Origin: Clostridia bacterium
Lineage (GTDB): Bacteria; Bacillota; Clostridia; Oscillospirales; Acutalibacteraceae
Reading direction: 5' to 3'
Assembly (NCBI GenBank): GCA_017383985.1
Contig: JAFNUO010000023.1
Location: 1 to 53,897 of the forward strand
Length of the DNA stretch: 53,897 nucleotides
Every line of letters starts with the position of its first letter. The stretch's first letter is position 1. Under the pieces are notes generated by a model. That model made no database searches. It had not been told where the DNA came from and saw only the letters and a list, made by a program, of their open reading frames with translations. The position numbers and the translations under genes are program-made. Below are positions 29,734 to 35,952 of this stretch, piece by piece.

Positions 29734-30078
29734 TCACACGTCTTTCGATTTTGTTTTGTAAACACAATAGCGCTTGCCGCGCTTTACGCAGTTTTCGATA
29801 ACGAATTTTGTTCCTTTCGACCTTCCGTTCCAAAAAACCAAGACATAGTCGGCATAGTCGATTATGGTTAAATTTCTTTTAAGCGGCGCACATTTTCCGT
29901 ACTTTTCATATTTAGGTAAAATCTCGGTCAACTTGAGTCCCGCTTGTCTTGCGTAATCGGCGGCGCAGGAATCAACGCCGACGGCCCCTCCCGAAACTAT
30001 TTCGGTCGTTTCCTTGGGAAGATATTTATGTAAATTCTTGATTTTCATATCTCTTGAGCCGACAACGGCAACCTTCAT
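29734..30078 (-). CDS. SLOG-fold protein (DUF2493 / DprA-like Rossmann, stand-alone)
   Basis: MKVAVVGSRD...IVSGGAVGVDSCAADYA...VLVFWNGRSKGTKFVIE, i.e. GSR plus the GGAxGxD pattern of DUF2493-type SLOG proteins. 114 aa. Confidence 0.7.
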   Translation of the reverse strand: MKVAVVGSRDMKIKNLHKYLPKETTEIVSGGAVGVDSCAADYARQAGLKLTEILPKYEKYGKCAPLKRNLTIIDYADYVLVFWNGRSKGTKFVIENCVKRGKRYCVYKTKSKDV

Positions 30079-30209
30079 AAATAAAGCTCCTTTAATCCAA
30101 TTATGACGTCAATTTTCCACCATTATATCACCATTTACGTTTTGACGCAATATTTCCACTAAAATTTAGTCATAATAATGTTTCAAAGTTTGCGAAAGGA
30201 GTTTTAACC

Positions 30210-30383
30210 ATGGAAGAAAAATTGTTGCGTTATACCTTGCGTGTTGACCGTTTGCTTTTTCAAAAATTCCGTTACGTTGCCGAATTTGAGGGCAGATCGG
30301 CTAACAAGGAAATTGAACAGTATCTTAAAAAATGCGTTGCCGATTTTGAAAAAGAACACGGCGAAATTAAAGTAAATAACTAA
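30210..30383 (+). CDS. Arc/CopG-type ribbon-helix-helix DNA-binding protein (57 aa, below the ORF-track cutoff)
   Basis: aaaggag RBS 8 nt before the ATG. Translation: MEEKLLRYTLRVDRLLFQKFRYVAEFEGRSANKEIEQYLKKCVADFEKEHGEIKVNN. The beta-strand RYTLRV followed by two helices (A-x-x-x-GRS-x-N-x-EI) matches Arc-like RHH proteins. A terminator follows the stop. Confidence 0.65.
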   Translation: MEEKLLRYTLRVDRLLFQKFRYVAEFEGRSANKEIEQYLKKCVADFEKEHGEIKVNN

Positions 30384-30390
30384 ATTTTTC

Positions 30391-30427
30391 AGCACTCTAT
30401 TATTAAAAAAATAGAGTGCTGTTTTTT
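30391..30427. terminator. Bidirectional intrinsic terminator
   Basis: Stem agcactcta / tagagtgct, A-rich loop, T-run. Lies between convergent genes. Confidence 0.75.
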
Positions 30428-30883
30428 CTATTTTTTATTCTGCGCTTTTTGGGCTTTCTTTTCTTTACGAGCGGCTTTTTTGCTCCTGAATTTAGATTTT
30501 AATATTTCTAAATCGTCCTTTAAAACCTTTAACGTTTTTTCGTCGTTGGGGAAAATAATTCTTAAAAGGAAAATAGAGATCACAACAGTTACAAGCTTTT
30601 CCGGCGTAAACGGTATCCACAAAAAAGCCGCATATCCCGCTCCGACCGCCGCCATCCAGCCTATTTCAAGCCAGCCGCCGACCGCCATGAAAACATAGCA
30701 CCAGCCGTTGGTTATCATCCACGCAATACCAAAGCAAATAAGCAAATGCGGATTAAGAAGAAATCTTACCGCTTTTTTTAAAAACTTCTTTGTTTTATCA
30801 AGCCAATAGGCAAAAAAGCCGACCGACTCCTTGTCCTGAAGCGAGGTTGAAACCTTTTTTTGCTCTTTCTTTTCTTTGCTCAT
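30428..30883 (-). CDS. Small membrane protein with Lys-rich termini, unknown function
   Basis: Three central hydrophobic spans. N-terminus MSKEKKEQKK and C-terminus KKAARKEKKAQKAQNKK. Confidence 0.55.
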   Translation of the reverse strand: MSKEKKEQKKVSTSLQDKESVGFFAYWLDKTKKFLKKAVRFLLNPHLLICFGIAWMITNGWCYVFMAVGGWLEIGWMAAVGAGYAAFLWIPFTPEKLVTVVISIFLLRIIFPNDEKTLKVLKDDLEILKSKFRSKKAARKEKKAQKAQNKK

Positions 30884-30938
30884 TTTTTCTCTTTTCTTAA
30901 AATTTATTTCGGTATTAATTTATGTTTTTATCGCTCAA

Positions 30939-31538
30939 TTATCCCCGCTTTGAAAATTCGCAACCGCAATAATCTTGGCGGTATAAATCAAGCTCCTTCG
31001 AAAGCTCGATAGAACGCTTGTAGCCCTCGCGTTTTTTAAAATCGGACGGCAAATGCTTTACGCCATATTCCTCGCCGATTTTTTCGCCAAGTTCGCCAAG
31101 CAAGGCGGCGTTTTTATGCGGACTTACCGACAAGGTTGTTGCGAAGTAATCAAAACCGCCGTTCCTGGCCGCTTTTGCCGTTTTTAAAAGCCGAATTTTG
31201 AAACACTCGGTACAGCGAGCTCCGCCCTCGGGCTCGGTTTCAAGCCCTTTTACCGCCGTCAAAAACTCGCCGTGGTCATATTTGCTCGGTATAAGGGTTG
31301 CCCAACCCGTTTTTTCGACAACCTTTTTTTGATTTAAAAGCCGTTTTTCGTATTCCTCCGGCGGAAAAATATTAGGATTATAATAATAAAGGGTTATCTC
31401 GAAATATTTAGATAAGTATTCGAGAACATAACTGCTGCATGGGCCGCAACAGCTATGTAACAGTAATTTCGGCTTGGTTTCAAGCCCGTTTATAAGCAAA
31501 TCAAGTTGTTTTTGATAATCGGTTTTCATATTCATCAT
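30939..31538 (-). CDS. queH: Epoxyqueuosine reductase QueH (DUF208)
   Basis: LLLHSCCGPCSSYV, CTECFKIRL and DYCGCEFS cysteine motifs. 199 aa. Confidence 0.88.
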   Translation of the reverse strand: MMNMKTDYQKQLDLLINGLETKPKLLLHSCCGPCSSYVLEYLSKYFEITLYYYNPNIFPPEEYEKRLLNQKKVVEKTGWATLIPSKYDHGEFLTAVKGLETEPEGGARCTECFKIRLLKTAKAARNGGFDYFATTLSVSPHKNAALLGELGEKIGEEYGVKHLPSDFKKREGYKRSIELSKELDLYRQDYCGCEFSKRG

Positions 31539-31550
31539 CTCTTTTACAAA

Positions 31551-31579
31551 ATGATACCAAAATGCTATCCCATTGTCAA
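31551..31579 (-). promoter_or_regulatory. Putative queH promoter
   Basis: On the minus strand: TTGACA, 17 nt, TATCAT. Confidence 0.45.
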
Positions 31580-31648
31580 CAAAGTAAGAATTTTTTAAAA
31601 ACGGGTAATAATATTACCGAAACTAAACGAAAAGGTCGGTTAAAAATC

Positions 31649-31738
31649 ATGTTTTGGATAGGTTTTGCGGTAGGTTTATTTGTCGGAAGTATAGTTGGAA
31701 TTGCCGCCATGTGTATAGTCGCAATCAACAGACAATGA
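31649..31738 (+). CDS. Candidate 29-aa hydrophobic micro-protein (DUF3789-like)
   Basis: MFWIGFAVGLFVGSIVGIAAMCIVAINRQ is a single TM helix. The RBS is weak. A 7-bp hairpin (ttgagtt/aactcaa) follows the stop. Confidence 0.3.
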   Translation: MFWIGFAVGLFVGSIVGIAAMCIVAINRQ

Positions 31739-31887
31739 AACCCTTGAGTTATTAAGAAAAACTCAAAATAATATTGTGCACATTTTACAAAAAACTATTA
31801 TAAAGATTGGGTGGATTTTTTTGTAAAAATAGTGTATTATTATTATGTACCATTTTAATGTCGAGTGATATCGGCAAGAAAGGAATA

Positions 31888-34620
31888 ATGCACATGAAAA
31901 ACGCAAAAAAATTATTAGCTCTTGCAATTTCAATGCTCATGATCGTTGCAATGTTCTCCATTGTACCTATGGGCGTATCGGCAGAGGAAGAAGTTACTTC
32001 TTCTCGTCTTGACAATTGGCAGGGCAACATCGATGTTTCTGTTAAACCCGGAGATCCTCTTTATTTCTCCACAACCGAGCTCTATGTAGGCGATAAGCTC
32101 GTTCAGGGTCATAACGGCTGGTGGAAGACTGACTTCCCCAACGTACCGTTTACCGTTGACGGCGTTGCTTACACCGGCGCTATCACAGAAATTTTCATCC
32201 AGTCTCCGTCTAACAAAGACAATTTCTGGAAGAATATTTGGCAGGGTGGCGCCATTGACTACGTTCTTCCCGAAGCAGGTACCTACAAAGTAGTTACCAA
32301 GATGGAAAACGTTAAGGACGCCGACGGCAATGACGCAGGAACCATGTACAACGTTAATTTGTGCACCTTCGAGGTTAAGGCTCTTCCGCGTTTGTTTAGC
32401 GGCATTTTCACCGGCAACATCAACGCTTCCGTTAAGCCGGGTTCTCCGCTTGAATTCTCCACAACCGACCTTTTCGAAGGCGATAAGCTTGTTCAGGGTC
32501 ACAGCGGTTACTGGACAGACTATTCTAACGTACCGTTTACCGTTGACGGCGTTGCTTACACCGGAGCTATCACCGATTTTAACATTAAAACTCCTTCCGG
32601 CAAAAACGAATTCTATAAGAATTTGTGGATGGGCGGAGCCATTGATTACGTTCTTCCCGAAGCAGGTACCTACAGAGTAGTTACCACAATGGAACGCGTT
32701 AAGGATGCCGACGGCAACAGCGTTGACAAAAAATACAACGTTGAATTGTGCACCTTCGAGGTTCAGGGCCTTCCCCGTATAACCAAGAACCTTGACGGCT
32801 ACACCGTATTTAAGGGCAACATGGACATTTCCGTTAATCCGAACAACGTTGATACCCTTACCTTCTCTAACACCGACGACATCTACGTAGGTGATAAGCT
32901 TGTTAAGGGCTACGGCGGCAACTGGACTAACGCCGGCTGCCAGGGCATTAAATTTACCTCAAACGGCGTTAACTACACCGGCGCTGTTACTTGGTTAAAG
33001 ATTACTGCTCCTTCCGGCAACACAGCCAGCTACGGCGTATGGAGCTATAAGAACGCTCTTGACTACGTCTTCTCTGTACCGGGCACATACAGCATTAGCG
33101 CTAAGTTCGAAAGAGTTAAGAACGAAGCCGGCGAATCCGTAGCTGACATTGATAACATTTATATCACTTCCCTTACCGTTAAGGACCTCCCGCGTCTTAC
33201 ATATACAACCCGCGGCGAAGTTAACTACGCCGGAACCAAGAACGTTACCGTTACTCCTACCACAACCCTCGAGCTCTCTACATACGACCTTTATGTAGGC
33301 GATAAGCTCGTTAACGGCTACAACGCTTGGTGGACCGATAAGAAAACCGTTCAGTTCGAATTAGACGGCGTTACATATCAGGGTAACGTTACACACCTCC
33401 ACATCATATCTCCGTCCGGTAAAGACTGGTACAATAACATGTGGCACGGTGGCACCATTGATTACGTCCTTACCGAAGCCGGTACTTATACATTCAAACC
33501 GTCCTTCGAAAACGTAAAAGCATTAACCGGCGAAAGCCATGACAACGTTTACGACTTTGCTAACTATGCTGCCTTCGAGGTTAAGGCTTGCCCGCATAAC
33601 TACGAGCTTACCGAAACCGTTGAAGCTAACTGCAACGCCGAAGGCTACGACCTTTACACCTGTTCTTACTGCGGCGCTACCGAAAAGCGCAACATAGTTG
33701 AAATCACCGGCGAACACAACTATGAGTTCACCGAAACCGTTGAGCCGACCTGTACCGCTAAGGGTTACGACCTCTACACCTGTTCCGGTTGTGGCTCCAC
33801 AGAAAAGCAGAACGAAACCGAAATGGCTGAGCACGACTATGCTCTTACTGAGTCAGTTGAAGGTTCTTGTACAAGTGCAGCTTATGACCTCTACACCTGT
33901 TCTGTATGCGGTGGCACCGATAAGCAGAACGTTGTTGTTGCTCCGGGTCATGACCTTGCAAACGACAACGGTACCGTTACCTGTGCTAACTGCGATTACA
34001 GCAACACCTACGCAGGCGAAGCTACCACAATTACCTACTCTGTTAACGACGCAACCGGTCTTGACGGTTATACCAACGTTAACAACATCTCTGCTTTCGT
34101 TGGCGATACACTTATCAACGACGGCGGTTGGTGGGCAAACCACACCTTCAGCGCAGGCGAGCTTTCCGGCAAGGTTTACAACGCTTGGGTAGTTAAGGGC
34201 GACCTTGATTACTTCAACAGCTACCGTGAAGCACGTCTTGAAAACGGCGACTCTTATGTTGACAAGAACGTTACCTACGTTCAGGTTGGTTACGGCAATA
34301 CTAAGGGCGTTACCCTTGACAAAGCCGGCACCTATATCATCGTTGCCGCTCTCCAGTGCTACGAAGGCAGCAACTTCCTCACCAATATCGAGCCTATCGT
34401 AATCGGCACAGTTGAAGTATTCGACGTTCCGGTTGAAGAAGATGTTGTTGGCGACATCGACGGCGATACCGAAATTACCGCCGGCGACCTCGTTGCCCTC
34501 CAGCAGCACGTTCTCGGTATTGCAACTATCGAAGATACCACCCTTGCTGACATCAACAAGGACGGCATCATCGACGCAGTTGATATCGTTATGCTTCAGC
34601 TTAAGGTTCTCGGTTATTAA
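31888..34620 (+). CDS. Secreted dockerin-containing protein built of four to five unassigned ~130-aa modules and three Cys-motif repeats
   Basis: I moved the start to ATG-31888 (agaaagga RBS), giving MHMKNAKKLLALAISMLMIVAMFSIVPMGVSA as the signal peptide. C-terminal dockerin segments GDIDGDTEITAGDLVALQQHVLG and ADINKDGIIDAVDIVMLQLKVLG. Confidence 0.9.
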   Translation: MHMKNAKKLLALAISMLMIVAMFSIVPMGVSAEEEVTSSRLDNWQGNIDVSVKPGDPLYFSTTELYVGDKLVQGHNGWWKTDFPNVPFTVDGVAYTGAITEIFIQSPSNKDNFWKNIWQGGAIDYVLPEAGTYKVVTKMENVKDADGNDAGTMYNVNLCTFEVKALPRLFSGIFTGNINASVKPGSPLEFSTTDLFEGDKLVQGHSGYWTDYSNVPFTVDGVAYTGAITDFNIKTPSGKNEFYKNLWMGGAIDYVLPEAGTYRVVTTMERVKDADGNSVDKKYNVELCTFEVQGLPRITKNLDGYTVFKGNMDISVNPNNVDTLTFSNTDDIYVGDKLVKGYGGNWTNAGCQGIKFTSNGVNYTGAVTWLKITAPSGNTASYGVWSYKNALDYVFSVPGTYSISAKFERVKNEAGESVADIDNIYITSLTVKDLPRLTYTTRGEVNYAGTKNVTVTPTTTLELSTYDLYVGDKLVNGYNAWWTDKKTVQFELDGVTYQGNVTHLHIISPSGKDWYNNMWHGGTIDYVLTEAGTYTFKPSFENVKALTGESHDNVYDFANYAAFEVKACPHNYELTETVEANCNAEGYDLYTCSYCGATEKRNIVEITGEHNYEFTETVEPTCTAKGYDLYTCSGCGSTEKQNETEMAEHDYALTESVEGSCTSAAYDLYTCSVCGGTDKQNVVVAPGHDLANDNGTVTCANCDYSNTYAGEATTITYSVNDATGLDGYTNVNNISAFVGDTLINDGGWWANHTFSAGELSGKVYNAWVVKGDLDYFNSYREARLENGDSYVDKNVTYVQVGYGNTKGVTLDKAGTYIIVAALQCYEGSNFLTNIEPIVIGTVEVFDVPVEEDVVGDIDGDTEITAGDLVALQQHVLGIATIEDTTLADINKDGIIDAVDIVMLQLKVLGY
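32005..33594 (+). repeat. Intragenic tandem repeats: four ~387-414-nt modules
   Basis: Each module ends in LPR(L/I) or ACP and shares (V/N)xVxP...FS(T/N)TDLYVGDKLV(Q/K/N)G..GWW(T)...FTVDGV(A/N)YTGA(I/V)T...SPSG(K/N)...GGAIDYVLPEAGTY. Modules 1 and 2 stay very similar at the DNA level; for example aacgtaccgtttaccgttgacggcgttgcttacaccgg occurs at 32140 and 32527. Confidence 0.85.
33595..33960 (+). repeat. Intragenic repeats: three ~39-aa H-x-Y-x-x-T-E-x-V-E-x-x-C-x-x-x-GYDLYTCS-x-CG-x-T(E/D)K-x-N units plus a partial fourth
   Basis: HNYELTETVEANCNAEGYDLYTCSYCGATEKRN / HNYEFTETVEPTCTAKGYDLYTCSGCGSTEKQN / HDYALTESVEGSCTSAAYDLYTCSVCGGTDKQN / HDLANDNGTVTCANCDYS. Confidence 0.85.
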
Positions 34621-34653
34621 TCTTATCCGATAATCGTAAAAACTAAATAAGTT

Positions 34654-34692
34654 CAGCCTCCGTTCGGTTTTTGAACGGAGGCTGTTTTATTT
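34654..34692 (+). terminator. Intrinsic terminator of the dockerin gene
   Basis: 12-bp stem cagcctccgttc / gaacggaggctg followed by tttt. Confidence 0.8.
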
Positions 34693-34698
34693 TACGTT

Positions 34699-34805
34699 GA
34701 GGCAATTCTTGTTTTAATGCAAAGGCTATCCTGATTTGCGCGAAGGCATCTGTTTTAATGCGAAGGTTATTTTGTTTTTTTCTGCGGGATTGTTTTATTT
34801 TAAAT
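34699..34805. repeat. Degenerate ~20-24-bp tandem repeats (about five units)
   Basis: Units start at 34699 gaggcaattcttgttttaatgc, 34721 aaaggctatcctgatttgcgc, 34742 gaaggcatctgttttaatgc, 34762 gaaggttattttgtttttttctgc, and 34786 gggattgttttatttt. Confidence 0.4.
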
Positions 34806-34846
34806 AAAAAAAGGAGACGCTTTTTGGAAAAAAAGCATCTCCTTTT
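34804..34846 (-). terminator. Terminator of the SAS gene
   Basis: Stem aaaggagacgc / gcatctccttt (one mismatch). The A-run on the plus strand gives the T-run on the minus strand. Confidence 0.65.
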
Positions 34847-34859
34847 TATGCATTTATTT

Positions 34860-35534
34860 TTATAAATTCTTGTACACCTTATCTCTTATATGCTGCATAC
34901 GAAGGTCAATTTTATTAATATCGTTAGCACATTCAAGAAGTTCCTTTTCAATTTCATGCATGTCGGCGTTTTCGTTTTTATATTTAAGGTCGTGTTCCTC
35001 GCTTGCCCAAAAGTCCATGGCAATTGTGCGAATTTGGATTTCAACCTTCATGGGAGTTTTTGAGTCGGAGAAAAACACGGGAACTTCAACAATCATATGA
35101 TAACTGCGATAGCCATTCGGCTTTGGATTTTTTATGTAATCCTTTACTTTGATTACGGTTATATCGTCCTGGCAACTAAGCATACGTGCAATTTCATAAA
35201 TATCGTCAATAAACGAGCATATTACTCGCACACCCGCAATATCATTAATATGCTTCTCAACGTTTTCTACCGTAACGTCAATTCCCTGGCGTTTCATCTT
35301 TTTAAGTATAGATTGGGGAGTTTTTATACGCGATTTTATAAAATCAATGGGGTTGCGACGGTATCTTACCGAAATTTCGTTATTAAGAACCTCTAATTTT
35401 GTTTTAATTTCAAGCAAGGCACACTCATACCTCATCATCATTTCGCGGTACTCGGTCGCCATGCTCAAAAACTCGCTAATTTCGGGGTTTATGTCATGAT
35501 AATGCAAGGCGGTTGTTTTTAACTTGTTTGTCAT
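34860..35534 (-). CDS. relQ: Small alarmone synthetase (GTP pyrophosphokinase, RelQ/RelP type)
   Basis: Collinear by eye with B. subtilis RelQ/YjbM: IDFIKSRIKTPQSILKKM, DIAGVRVICSFIDDIY, GYRSYHMIVEVP, VEIQIRTIAMDFWASEEHDLKYK. 224 aa. Confidence 0.9.
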   Translation of the reverse strand: MTNKLKTTALHYHDINPEISEFLSMATEYREMMMRYECALLEIKTKLEVLNNEISVRYRRNPIDFIKSRIKTPQSILKKMKRQGIDVTVENVEKHINDIAGVRVICSFIDDIYEIARMLSCQDDITVIKVKDYIKNPKPNGYRSYHMIVEVPVFFSDSKTPMKVEIQIRTIAMDFWASEEHDLKYKNENADMHEIEKELLECANDINKIDLRMQHIRDKVYKNL

Positions 35535-35615
35535 CTCGTTTTTTCCTCTTTCGATGTATATTGATAGCTTTTTAACCTCTGCGCCGCTCGGCGAAGCAAA
35601 GATTTTTTGTATAAA

Positions 35616-35777
35616 TCATATTATCGTATACGTGAAGTTTTCAAAGCGCAGGCGTGTGCCAACGTCGGTACCGAACGGTAAAAGCGCAAGAGCAATAAAA
35701 AGCTCGTTTTCGTTTTCGTCGGTTAAATAGGCATATTCGCCTTCAATTTTTGTAACAGTATAGTTTTTGGGTTCCAT
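35616..35777 (-). CDS. DUF3006-like small protein (53 aa, below the ORF-track cutoff)
   Basis: gggagg RBS 8 nt upstream of the ATG. MEPKNYTVTKIEGEYAYLTDENENELFIALALLPFGTDVGTRLRFENFTYTII resembles the DUF3006 pattern (I-E-G-x-x-A-x-L ... LP-x-G-x-x-x-G). Confidence 0.5.
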   Translation of the reverse strand: MEPKNYTVTKIEGEYAYLTDENENELFIALALLPFGTDVGTRLRFENFTYTII

Positions 35778-35819
35778 TTTATCGCCTCCCGCTAAAATTA
35801 TACCATATTTTCTTTAATA

Positions 35820-35848
35820 GTTCACCTTAATTATTGCATTAGGTGAAC
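35820..35848. promoter_or_regulatory. Inverted repeat overlapping the -35 region of the DUF3006-like gene promoter (candidate operator)
   Basis: gttcaccttaat-N6-attaggtgaac. On the minus strand an extended -10, TGgTATAAT (35797-35805), lies 17 nt downstream of GTGAAC. Confidence 0.35.
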
Positions 35849-35952
35849 GTTTTTGTTAAAATTTAATTAAACTTATAGTATTATACTTGAAGTCAAAGGT
35901 AAAATTTTGTTATTATTAAATTTAGAGTTATAGTAATAAAAGGGGTTATTTC

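Noticed and set aside
30204-30395. 63-aa minus-strand ORF from the track.
   Set aside because: The opposite strand encodes an Arc/RHH-like protein with an RBS and a terminator. The minus-strand frame (MLKNLVIYFNFAVFFFKIG...) is AT-driven hydrophobic noise.
31539-31648. A preQ1 or other riboswitch upstream of queH.
   Set aside because: The promoter-to-ATG distance is only about 15-20 nt, and I found no match to the preQ1-I core as I recall it.
31785-32030. 81-aa minus-strand ORF, and the N-terminal extension of the dockerin ORF (31807-31887).
   Set aside because: The minus-strand ORF overlaps the signal-peptide region of the dockerin gene. The extension lacks an RBS, whereas ATG-31888 has one and yields a canonical signal peptide.
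34860-35777. The idea that the SAS plus the small upstream ORF form a toxSAS toxin-antitoxin pair.
   Set aside because: The SAS is collinear with housekeeping RelQ/RelP, including the regulatory N- and C-terminal helices. The small ORF looks like DUF3006, not like a known toxSAS antitoxin. The genes are 81 bp apart rather than overlapping.
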